This document shows positions 56,701 to 64,000 of a stretch of 64,000 bases of DNA, piece after piece. How positions within the stretch are numbered: position 1 is the first letter of the stretch; every line of letters starts with the position of its first letter. The notes beneath the pieces were generated by a model. It was not told the origin of the DNA and searched no databases. It saw only the letters and a list, made by a program, of their open reading frames with translations. The stretch comes from Deltaproteobacteria bacterium (GTDB lineage: Bacteria > Desulfobacterota > Desulfobacteria > Desulfobacterales > SpSt-501): positions 739 through 64,738 of the forward strand of contig JACRCN010000044.1 of assembly GCA_016219005.1 (NCBI GenBank). Direction: 5' to 3'. The translations under genes and the position numbers were made by a program.

Positions 56701-58860
56701 AGCGGCTTGATCGGGCTCGGCGAGCCAGGGGTAATCCACCGTTTTGATATTCCCGATTTTCTTCTCGGTCCGTTTCACCTCACAAGCAGGTATGAGATAA
56801 GCATTTTCCGAAGTGCAGAAGTCGAGGGCCGCCCCGTATCCCGTGACGACAACGGGCAGTCCGCATGCCATTGCCTCGGCAATCGGCAGACCAAAGCCTT
56901 CTCCACGGTACGGATGCACCAGGCAACTGCAGGCGGTGTAGAGCCCCGCCATATCCTTATCATTCAACGCATGCTCGATATACTCGATTCCCGGGGCACC
57001 CGGCCTCGACCGGTAGCCTTCGATCATCTGTTGAGCGGTCTGACCCTTGTAGAATGTCTTTCCTCCCATATCCTTGATAACAAGGCATACATCGTCTTTT
57101 TCTGAAAACGTATTGAAATAGGCGTCCAGTAAGGCATCAATGCCTTTCCGAAAGATAGTGCCTCCGACGAAAAGAAACTTGAACCGCTTCGTAGTCGAAA
57201 GCTCAAATGGCACCGCATCCGGATGGAACGTGGCGGTATCGACACCGTTGGGTACCACAAAGACCCGGTCCGCCTGCACCCCACTTCGTATATAGCATTC
57301 CCGCACATAGGAACTCGGCACCCACATTTCATCTATCATGGTCGTCATGGGGCGAATCCACTCTTCGGGCAGACTTCCAAATTCCCATGGTTGGATGTTA
57401 ACCCAGTAACCTTCCCGGGGCGGCTGGAAATTAGGGGGCCACCGATGCCTTATATGGACATCGGCTTTTCCGGAAAGCGCTTTTTGGGTCCTTTGAACAA
57501 TCCTCATAAAACGCGGATCGGCATCGGGATGGATGTCGTCTTTTCCGTAAGGGATTATCGAGACCTCACAGCCGGAGTCAATCAAACGTATGCACAATTC
57601 CCTGTTGACCAGGGCAAGAGAATGACGGACGAATTGAGAGCCCTCCCACGCTATTCTCTTGACCGGATTCTTTGCTTTCCTGTCTTTCTCCAACGCCATC
57701 TTATATTGCCATCCGGCGTTTATGGCGCTGACCATCCTGGAAACGACCTCCGACGTGCCTAACAGATTCGCCGCGCCGGCAGCCCGGGTCTGCCGCTCAT
57801 GGTTCGGCATATCATAAGCGCGACGCATGGCATTACGAACATCTTGTACGTGGAGCAGGGGCATGGATGACCCCTTGTGATTTGGTTGATACAACAGCAT
57901 TTCCTGCGTCAAAGGAATCCTGGCATGCGGATCTATAGGTATCGCGACATAGCACTCCGGCGACATATCAAGCACGCCCTCGGGCAGAATGACCATTCGC
58001 TGTCTTACCCGTGCTTCACCGACTGGCGCCGTCGAGGCGGTATCGGTGGATACATATGCGTTACAGCTATCGATTAAGCGGGCGATACCGCTTCGAGTGC
58101 CGAAATCCTCATCAAGTATAATGCTCGCTTCAGAACCGGTCTTTCGGCGCAATGACGCGACCAGATCCAGGAGGTCCTGCCGGGGCTTGCCTGGTACAGG
58201 GTGCCATAAAGGGTAATTAACCTTCAGATAAAGCTCGACATTTTCAGTCCTTTTGAATTCTTCCAGGTAGGCTTCGATCAGAGTGTCCCACCGGCGCCGG
58301 GGCAGAAACAGCGAAATATTCAGGAACCGGAAAGGCCTATCCGTACTCGACGTTTCGGGAAAGGGCGGCGGCAATGCAGGGTTTTCCAGCCAGTGGTGCG
58401 GCCAATAGACGGTGTGAACCATTTCGGGTGGAAAGCCGGCTGCGATAAAGGCTTCCCGTTCGAACTCCACGTGAAGCCAGATCTGGTCCATTTCCCTGCA
58501 CACTGCCAACATTTCGGCGGGAGGCGAGTCCTCCTTAGCATGGCAGTCAAAGACAGTGGTAGCCATAATGCGAACGTTCGGTTCCGGCAATTTTATATCC
58601 AACCAACTCCTGCTGGGCACGTGAGAGATAATAGCGGTAACTGGCGGAATAACTGGTGTTGCTTCAAGCGATTTGATAAGAGCCAGGTCACAATCATCTA
58701 TGCCTGACTCAGCCTGATTTACGGATATGATCTTGATTCGTGCACCGGCCTTATGGAGGGCCGCCACACTCGTCCGCGCTGCAACGCCGAAGCCGCTCCG
58801 ATTATAAAACGGCGCAATCCAGACTATCGTTCCGGACAACACCGGATGCTGTTTGTTCAC
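53728..58860 (-). CDS. Giant (~1,710-aa) multi-glycosyltransferase/TPR fusion: GT4-like, GT4, GT2, TPR, GT2, TPR
   Basis: The GT4 signature is HPYRGEGFGLPIAEAMACGLPVVV. The first GT2 shows TTIVMRVSDDLELVKKC...IIVVAHNSS...YLLLLDLDVVV. TPR block is FYQKGQIDEAIGKL.... The second GT2 shows LSLCMIVKNEQGHLARCL...IIIVDTGSNDRT...WILVLDADEVI. C-terminal TPRs follow. Start set at GTG 58858-58860 (AAAGGGG 7 nt upstream). The track ORF to 59193 would overlap the upstream SDR gene. Confidence 0.8.
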   Translation of the reverse strand: MNKQHPVLSGTIVWIAPFYNRSGFGVAARTSVAALHKAGARIKIISVNQAESGIDDCDLALIKSLEATPVIPPVTAIISHVPSRSWLDIKLPEPNVRIMATTVFDCHAKEDSPPAEMLAVCREMDQIWLHVEFEREAFIAAGFPPEMVHTVYWPHHWLENPALPPPFPETSSTDRPFRFLNISLFLPRRRWDTLIEAYLEEFKRTENVELYLKVNYPLWHPVPGKPRQDLLDLVASLRRKTGSEASIILDEDFGTRSGIARLIDSCNAYVSTDTASTAPVGEARVRQRMVILPEGVLDMSPECYVAIPIDPHARIPLTQEMLLYQPNHKGSSMPLLHVQDVRNAMRRAYDMPNHERQTRAAGAANLLGTSEVVSRMVSAINAGWQYKMALEKDRKAKNPVKRIAWEGSQFVRHSLALVNRELCIRLIDSGCEVSIIPYGKDDIHPDADPRFMRIVQRTQKALSGKADVHIRHRWPPNFQPPREGYWVNIQPWEFGSLPEEWIRPMTTMIDEMWVPSSYVRECYIRSGVQADRVFVVPNGVDTATFHPDAVPFELSTTKRFKFLFVGGTIFRKGIDALLDAYFNTFSEKDDVCLVIKDMGGKTFYKGQTAQQMIEGYRSRPGAPGIEYIEHALNDKDMAGLYTACSCLVHPYRGEGFGLPIAEAMACGLPVVVTGYGAALDFCTSENAYLIPACEVKRTEKKIGNIKTVDYPWLAEPDQAALQTIMKHVFENRGDAQEKAMAALSRIKTKFTWEEAAKVVMQRIDALHQKPIRRFESATQPVQNWVDGLTTIVMRVSDDLELVKKCFKSIRKHTGEPHEIIVVAHNSSPAVLKWVKKILRENNNCKCIENAEDLGFAEESNQGIREASGEYLLLLDLDVVVSGGWLAGMIGCLESVRDVGVVGPMTVIGFGLPRVSRSGSDALARPQKFAQSLRRLYQHRRISARHVAGFCAMFKRDLVDDVGLFDEGMKSSGMAVEDFCLRAELAGYRNLIAGDVFVKKHGTRKSDKKKNKNRVEIIEDKRRYDEKWEKIEQNSVFSDSLFTMSAVEKADEFYQKGQIDEAIGKLLEGITRSANDARIYHRFAEILIDSKRYKDGLDAICSAPENSKKDSRRLELIGYCKEGLESYGEAEDCADKALNIEPASASALNLKGLVAFRKGDSAVADVFFKKAIEADAGYGDPYTNRGILKWAEEQTAEALDLFEKGFVLTPTRVHTLTTYHSAITAAGQFQRAEELFTEARECCPNSRRIAFLLIDLLLRQNKHAQAMDQIEQAMASFGIDEGILSAALAVREKVGAHDLGHVSPNRLSLCMIVKNEQGHLARCLSSAKPVVDEIIIVDTGSNDRTKEIATAFGARVFDFQWGSDFSTARNFSLSKATGDWILVLDADEVISPADYPILRAIVHNQNPKKVAYALTTRNYTNQIGSRGWTPNDGEYPEEESARGWFPSAKVRLFLNHRSIQFENAVHETVESAIEKCGIRVTPCQIPIHHYGRLNHAEVISKGKEYFLLGRKKMEETGGDINALRELAIQAAEIGEYDEAINIWKELLEREPADAVAWMNMGYAYLAQKNFSEALSVSKKALELNAGLKEAALNYSNCELITGNAKNAVCVLEKLLKSEPDYPPAMGLIASAYYVDGQKEKGLEFFRMLWKKRFNCEDFVKELAAALISEGRAEQAGLLFEAAGKMRAERSDDQARTHHHRTRGDFLQHGAV

Positions 58861-59006
58861 TGACCTACCCCTTTCCAAAATTCTGACACAGAAATTTCTA
58901 GCTCGATCGCCAGGCGGCTGAACCCGGATTGCCGGTGGTTCTTCTATCCGGATTTTCCATGCTGGAATGACATGTGCCCGGACAACCTCATCCCGGTTCA
59001 CTAGAT

Positions 59007-60092
59007 TTACCGGCCCTGCATCGGCGTCATGGAAAAGAAGTCCACCGTGCGCCGAATGGCGCATTCCAGGTTGATCCACATCCCTATCCCCAGCTCTTTC
59101 TGCGCCTTTTGGGTCGACGGCACGTAGCGATCCGGAAGTGCGCCGGGAGCGGGCCTTCCGATGATGTGGACTTCGGGGGGGTTGGGTAAGCAATTCGCCA
59201 CGAATCGGGCCAACTCGGCGATGCTCAAGGCGTCTTCGGAACCAACGTTGTAGATCCCGCCCGGACTACCTTTGAAAAGGATCGTCCAGAGCCAGATTGT
59301 GAGATCAGCGGCATAAAGGTATGCGCGGACAGCCGTTCCATCCCCCTGCACGACAACGGGGCCGCCACGAAGGGCATCCCGGATGAAATTCCCGATGGCA
59401 TAATGAAGGTCCAGGGGCAGACGAGGACCGACGAAGCTGAAGCAGCGAGCGATGGTAATGGCAATCCCGGAGGTCTCACCGATCGCTTCGCAGAGGAATT
59501 CTGCGGCGCGCTTTCCCTCGGCCAGGGCCCGCTGGGGGTAGCCGCGAACCGGGCCCCCTGCAAAATCCTCAGGAATCCGGTCAAGATCCTTCGGCTGCGG
59601 TCCATACACCACGCCCGAACTCGTGAAGAGCATCCGCCGTGCTCCGCTTTGGACCGCGAAGTCCAGCACCCTGCGCGTTCCCATCGCGAGGGTTTCATAC
59701 TTCCGCAGGGATGATTCCCCGGCAAAGGTCTCCCTGGCGTTGGTGGTCGCTGCATGGAAGATCAAGTCAAAGGCCCCTTCCGGAAAGGCGAAGTCCCTAA
59801 CGTCGCCTGCCACAAGCACGATGGCCGGATCGTCCGCCAAATGAGGAAGGGATCGCCGGAAGCCCCCGGGGTCGCGGGTGAGCACGACGGCGGATGCGTT
59901 CAAGTCCAGGCGCTGGTTTGCGAACGTCAAACTCTCCAGCAACCAACTGCCAAAGAAGCCCGTCGCTCCAGTGAGAAATAGGCGTTTACCTTTGAGCCCA
60001 TCCCAAATATCGCTTGCCTTTGCGAGGATGTGGCAGAGATCCGCCTCCGGAAGCTGTGGGATGCATGCGATTGGTGGCATCTTAATACCCAT
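59007..60092 (-). CDS. NAD-dependent sugar epimerase/dehydratase (extended SDR; UDP-glucuronate-decarboxylase-like)
   Basis: The Rossmann motif is LFLTGATGFFGSWLL. The catalytic region Y....EGKRAAEFL resembles the UXS-type YDEGKRVAE. Confidence 0.85.
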   Translation of the reverse strand: MGIKMPPIACIPQLPEADLCHILAKASDIWDGLKGKRLFLTGATGFFGSWLLESLTFANQRLDLNASAVVLTRDPGGFRRSLPHLADDPAIVLVAGDVRDFAFPEGAFDLIFHAATTNARETFAGESSLRKYETLAMGTRRVLDFAVQSGARRMLFTSSGVVYGPQPKDLDRIPEDFAGGPVRGYPQRALAEGKRAAEFLCEAIGETSGIAITIARCFSFVGPRLPLDLHYAIGNFIRDALRGGPVVVQGDGTAVRAYLYAADLTIWLWTILFKGSPGGIYNVGSEDALSIAELARFVANCLPNPPEVHIIGRPAPGALPDRYVPSTQKAQKELGIGMWINLECAIRRTVDFFSMTPMQGR

Positions 60093-60144
60093 TGGATCGG
60101 GATGCTGGTTGATGATAGAGAGTGCACAAACCCATGCGCTTTAT

Positions 60145-61467
60145 TTAATCCGATCCTCCTACATGCCGGTATTGGTCTCGTATGCCTTGTTCTCCAGGGA
60201 ATTGCAGCATTTCACCGCCTTCTCCGCAATGGTCACAGCTTTCGTAGTGCGGTTGTTCGTCGACCTGCAGAATTTTTTCCCGCAACTCCTGGGCAGAATG
60301 TGTCGCATCGATTCTCACCCAGTCGCATGGGTAATCTGCAAGATGATGGGAACCGATGCCGGCAGTGGTGGAGCAAGGGTAGTAAACGCCATTCTGGATG
60401 GTCTTGCAGCTATTAATTGAATTGCATCCGGCTTTCATTGCGATTTTAGTGGCTCCGGGGAGATTCAATTTGCGCAAGGACGCCGGGGTTGACCAGAGCG
60501 GCTGACCAACCGTGAAGTTAATGCCACTCTCGGATGCGTGTCTAACATTTTTTGCAAATAGATTGCGCTGGTTTTCCGACAGGCTTGTCGTATAGTCTGA
60601 AAAAATCAGGCGAGTCTTTCTATTGTTGAGTTTGATGATGTGTTTGTCCTTGATGTCGCAGATGCCGTTCGTGGTGATTCCGAGCACGCCGAAATTGGGC
60701 TTACCGAGCACAAGATCAATGATATCGTTCAATGCGGGGTGCAGGAACGGTTCCCCTCCTATAATCGAAACGTAGCCAATCGCATCCACCGCGTCGAAAA
60801 TCCGGTCAATATCCGTCTTGATCCGTTCAAGAGTGAAATTGATGCGCTCCTCCCGCGGATAGTGATTTATGTACTGCCCGCAATGCTGGCATTTCAGCGT
60901 GCATTTCTGGTTAATTGCGAAGGTTGCTACCGGGAAGACAAGCTTGCCGCTGAAATCATTAAGGCGTGCCTTCTTGCATTCCCGATACAGCAGACTCGGC
61001 AGGCGTTTGCATGCACACCAGTTGCAAAACGTCGTGCCGATGCAAACCTTCGCATCGAAGCCGGTCTCTGGCTTCATTCCGCACATCAAGGCCTCAAACA
61101 ATGCCATGCCGGAAAGGTAATGGCGATAACCCACTGCCAAAAATTCCTGTTCACCGACACTGCCCGACAGGCTCCCGTTCGGGATGCAGCTTACGATGAG
61201 TGTTCGTTCACGGTCGAATTCCGACGAGAACGGCATAGTAACCTTAATGTCGTTGACTTCCTTCAATTCTGCGGCACGGATATCCCAATAACAAAGCTGT
61301 TCGCGGGGGACACCCCCTGCAATAAGGAAAGCGCCGAATGCCGTGCCAAATTTTCCAGCGCCGCGCAGGACGATATTCCGGAAGCCTTTGATGTATCGGC
61401 CGATTTCAGCGGAGTGATCGCTGTCACCCCTTCTGGCAAGTTCCAGGACTTCGTTAATGTTTTTCAT
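60145..61467 (-). CDS. Radical-SAM enzyme with an N-terminal GxGxxG domain and extra Cys clusters (paralog 1)
   Basis: The radical-SAM triad is NQKCTLKCQHCGQY (CxxxCxxC), followed by IIGGEPFLHP. Upstream Cys motif is CGMKPETGFDAKVCIGTTFCNWCAC. N-terminus has VLRGAGKFGTAFG. C-terminus has YPCS...YPCDW...SCDHCGEG. ATG 61467 (GAGGGAG upstream) is preferred over TTG 61500. Confidence 0.8.
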   Translation of the reverse strand: MKNINEVLELARRGDSDHSAEIGRYIKGFRNIVLRGAGKFGTAFGAFLIAGGVPREQLCYWDIRAAELKEVNDIKVTMPFSSEFDRERTLIVSCIPNGSLSGSVGEQEFLAVGYRHYLSGMALFEALMCGMKPETGFDAKVCIGTTFCNWCACKRLPSLLYRECKKARLNDFSGKLVFPVATFAINQKCTLKCQHCGQYINHYPREERINFTLERIKTDIDRIFDAVDAIGYVSIIGGEPFLHPALNDIIDLVLGKPNFGVLGITTNGICDIKDKHIIKLNNRKTRLIFSDYTTSLSENQRNLFAKNVRHASESGINFTVGQPLWSTPASLRKLNLPGATKIAMKAGCNSINSCKTIQNGVYYPCSTTAGIGSHHLADYPCDWVRIDATHSAQELREKILQVDEQPHYESCDHCGEGGEMLQFPGEQGIRDQYRHVGGSD

Positions 61468-61506
61468 GTGCGGTCGGCTCCCTCGTTGATCAGTTGACAA
61501 CGGTTG

Positions 61507-62727
61507 TCACGCCGGGCAGGCCCTTGGTGTCGTCATTAGGCGCACAACTCTGTTCGGCAGTCCGAGACAGCGTATCGATTTTTCTATGCTTTCAGAGGAG
61601 TTTTCGCCACAAATAACAATGTCACCGCTGAATGAGCATAAGGTTTTTGGGGGCTCGACGGTCAAACCCATCAGCCTTTCTCCCTGTCGCTCAGGATTAC
61701 TGTCTACAAGGTGGCGGATGCTGCAGTTCCTCAGGGGCGTATGAGTAAGCATTCGATAAGCAAAGATTGAAACTCCCCACAATGCAATTTCGTGTGAATT
61801 CAATTGGGCGATATTCGAAAGGACAGCATTCCCTTTATCGCTCGGACGGGTGAAGCTGTCATAAATAAATTGAGCATCGGCTGCAGCGAAACATAGAGGC
61901 TTTTTAACATCGGATTTTTCAAATAATGCACGTATGCAAGGATAGATTCCGGGCGTCGACTCGTATTGTATCAGCGTGAATGCGCGCATCAAATTCAGCA
62001 ACGAAACCAGGCTAAAATGGTTAATATGCTCGAATTCAAAGAAATAGCCGGGGAACGGACTGCATTCCTGGAAGCGGGCAAGATCGGGGAGTTCGACGTA
62101 GATCCTTCCCCTCGGTTTAAGCCACTTCCCAACATTGTCAAGGCACGCCAGCGGGAATTCCAGATGCTCGAGGACGTGACGCAATATGATCAAATCAAAC
62201 TTGTTCTCAAATTCTGGGAATAAATCAGTGGCCAAGCCCGTTCTGCCGGGAATTCCACGGTCTGATAAGTATTTAATTGCGGCCCGATCCGGGTCGATGG
62301 CATACAGGTTGTCGAAACCGGCGCGCTGCAACGACGCCAAAGTAACGCCAAATGAGCAACCTATGTCCACGATGGTTTGGTTCGTCGGCTTCAATCCTGC
62401 GCGTACCAAGAAGCTGGTCGTCATATCGTTGAGCCGTGCCTGATCGACAGAGACCTGGTAGTGGTTCGTGTCGGAACCCGTATAGGATTCGTAATAGTCG
62501 TCACGGTCATCCTGATGCCTGACGTTATGAAAGACGGCACCGCAGCGGGCGCATGCGTTGACCGAAAATGAGTGCTGCAACGAAAAGTTATCCGGAACGA
62601 CCAGTTCTATATGCCGAATGGGGGAGGACTCCCTAGATCCACAGACGGGGCAAGTGCGAGGTGCGACCGCCGTTGCATCGGTACGGCCGGCGAAGGTGTC
62701 TGTTGAAGATGGAATATTCTGCGACAT
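61507..62727 (-). CDS. SAM-dependent methyltransferase with an N-terminal zinc ribbon (NDP-hexose C-methyltransferase-like architecture)
   Basis: Zn ribbon is CPVCGS...CARCGAVFHN. SAM motif I is IVDIGCSFGVTL, then FDLIILRHVLEHL, plus a ~120-aa C-terminal domain. ATG 62725-62727 with GGAAGGAG 7 nt upstream. Confidence 0.8.
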   Translation of the reverse strand: MSQNIPSSTDTFAGRTDATAVAPRTCPVCGSRESSPIRHIELVVPDNFSLQHSFSVNACARCGAVFHNVRHQDDRDDYYESYTGSDTNHYQVSVDQARLNDMTTSFLVRAGLKPTNQTIVDIGCSFGVTLASLQRAGFDNLYAIDPDRAAIKYLSDRGIPGRTGLATDLFPEFENKFDLIILRHVLEHLEFPLACLDNVGKWLKPRGRIYVELPDLARFQECSPFPGYFFEFEHINHFSLVSLLNLMRAFTLIQYESTPGIYPCIRALFEKSDVKKPLCFAAADAQFIYDSFTRPSDKGNAVLSNIAQLNSHEIALWGVSIFAYRMLTHTPLRNCSIRHLVDSNPERQGERLMGLTVEPPKTLCSFSGDIVICGENSSESIEKSIRCLGLPNRVVRLMTTPRACPA

Positions 62728-62789
62728 AAAGAGGCTCCTTCCGGCAGATAAAAATGCACTTAAACCGGGGGTATGAATCCGCGTTCCTG

Positions 62790-64000
62790 CTATTCCTCGG
62801 GTAGCGCGTACCGACTGTCGAAACCTTGCTCCGCGGCTTGGCTTGTCAATGCCGGGGATCCGAAAGCATCGCAGTGCCCGCATGCTCGGTAATGCAAGCG
62901 CGATATCAGCTCGCGAATACCATCGCGAATTTCCTCTGGCGATTTATTGGGATCAAGAAGGACATAGTCCGTCTTATAATCAGCCACGCGGAGGTCATGA
63001 ATAGACAGGGCAAAAGCGCACGGGAAAAGTCTGCCATCGAATACGTACAGGAAGCGCACACCACACGCACTTTTCTTTTGGATCGTCGTTTCGATGGAAT
63101 CTCGTTTGTTCTCGAGCGTAGATGAGATGTTCCAGGTCGGCAACGTGTTTTGATACTTTGTATTGACGCCCGAGGATTTGGCGGTTTCGATGTTCCTGAA
63201 AAACAACGCTTTTTTCCTCTCGTCAATCACTTCGAGGTAATTTGAAAACGCTAGGCGAACCCGTTCGTCTGCCATGCTAGCGAGTTGGCTATTCTCAATG
63301 CGGACGGTCCCGTTGCTGTTAACGATAACTGCCCCCATATTATCGTGGGATAACACACGGCTGACAATCCGATCGAGGTCTTTATGGAGGAACGGTTCGC
63401 CGCCGAAGATGTTGACAACGCCGAACGAATGTACTGCGCGCATAACGACATCAATATCTTGCAGTATCTGCCCGATAGATACGTTTTGTTTATACTCTTT
63501 GGGATAACTATTGATGTAGACGAAACAATGCTTGCACTTCAGATTACATATGTTATTGACAATAAAATGGACTCTGTCGAACGACAGTGTTTCGCCCAGC
63601 GAAATGCCCAGTTTTCGGGCTGCGTTCGCCCGGACGATGTTGTGCAGACGTTCGCACGAGCATACGCTGCAAATGTCAAGACTGTTGCAGATTTTTGTGT
63701 CGGGAGGCCGTTCGTTGGAGAGAGGGCATAGCAGCCCTTGCAGAAGATCGTTCCCATGCACCACGTGCTTCCAACCGTTTTCGGCCAGTTGCCGAAAGAC
63801 ATTCGGCCCGATGGCCACATTGCCAATACAAAAGAGAACCAATGTCGTTTCTTTTCTTAAATAACCTGTAAAGGGAGGGGTAACGCCCAGGCCGTTGCAC
63901 GTTTTGATAATCTCGGCCTGAATGTCCCAATAACAGGAAACGGGGACACCTAGCTCCAGTAGCTTGCTGCCTACCGCAGTCCCGAGGTTACCTGCCCCCC
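62790..64000 (-). CDS. Radical-SAM enzyme paralog 2; the 5' end runs off the window
   Basis: NNICNLKCKHCFVY, IFGGEPFLHK, the upstream Cys motif CPLSNERPPDTKICNSLDICSVCSC, and C-terminal ACGHCDAFG. Manual translation upstream of the track's TTG (63842) stays open to 64000 and reads GAGNLGTAVGSKLLELGVPVSCYWDIQAEII. This is homologous to GAGKFGTAFGAFLIAGGVPREQLCYWDIRAAEL of paralog 1. Confidence 0.75.
   Translation of the reverse strand, partial: GAGNLGTAVGSKLLELGVPVSCYWDIQAEIIKTCNGLGVTPPFTGYLRKETTLVLFCIGNVAIGPNVFRQLAENGWKHVVHGNDLLQGLLCPLSNERPPDTKICNSLDICSVCSCERLHNIVRANAARKLGISLGETLSFDRVHFIVNNICNLKCKHCFVYINSYPKEYKQNVSIGQILQDIDVVMRAVHSFGVVNIFGGEPFLHKDLDRIVSRVLSHDNMGAVIVNSNGTVRIENSQLASMADERVRLAFSNYLEVIDERKKALFFRNIETAKSSGVNTKYQNTLPTWNISSTLENKRDSIETTIQKKSACGVRFLYVFDGRLFPCAFALSIHDLRVADYKTDYVLLDPNKSPEEIRDGIRELISRLHYRACGHCDAFGSPALTSQAAEQGFDSRYALPEE

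Overview
High-GC window, about 95% coding. Nearly all genes are on the minus strand. It holds a roughly 50-kb flagellar and chemotaxis supercluster, followed by a flagellin locus and a more AT-rich sugar-modification island.

Gene order along minus-strand transcription (high to low coordinate):
- A receiver-less sigma-54 activator, then a receiver-containing sigma-54 activator.
- flgBC-fliEFGHIJ, then fliK-flgDE-flbD.
- fliLMNOPQR-flhB, then flhA-flhF-flhG-fliA.
- A DUF2802-like gene, then flgFGAHI and a rod-binding-only flgJ.
- flgN-cheA-cheR-cheD-HDOD-cheY-cheX-cheB-flgK-flgL.
- A signalling module: periplasmic repeat protein, PAS histidine kinase, REC-HDOD, and REC-PP2C (cut by the window edge).

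At 46.5-49.4 kb there are two small accessory operons: cheX-like plus REC-STAS, and a small protein plus HDOD.

The only plus-strand genes are a short flagellin with a sigma-28-type promoter, followed by flbT and flaF.

From 51.8 kb to the end lies a presumptive flagellin-glycosylation island. It contains a TPR-GT2-TPR protein, a roughly 1,710-aa GT4-GT4-GT2-TPR-GT2-TPR fusion, an SDR epimerase/dehydratase, a Zn-ribbon sugar C-methyltransferase, and two paralogous multi-cluster radical-SAM enzymes.

Non-coding signals read directly from the sequence:
- Six sigma-54 promoter-like sites sharing TGGCATGCT..TTGC at operon heads.
- Two sigma-28 promoter-like sites with identical spacing.
- A five-member family of palindromic intergenic repeats (AGGTAGATAGACTGAAGG ... 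CCTTCAGTCTNTCTACCT).
- A roughly 200-bp non-coding module duplicated upstream of two regulatory operons.
- A 4 x 87-bp in-frame tandem repeat in fliK.

I saw no rRNA, tRNA, CRISPR array, transposase or integrase. Gene content suggests a Desulfobacterota/Deltaproteobacteria-like organism, but that is inference only. All protein calls rest on motif recognition by eye; no database search was possible.
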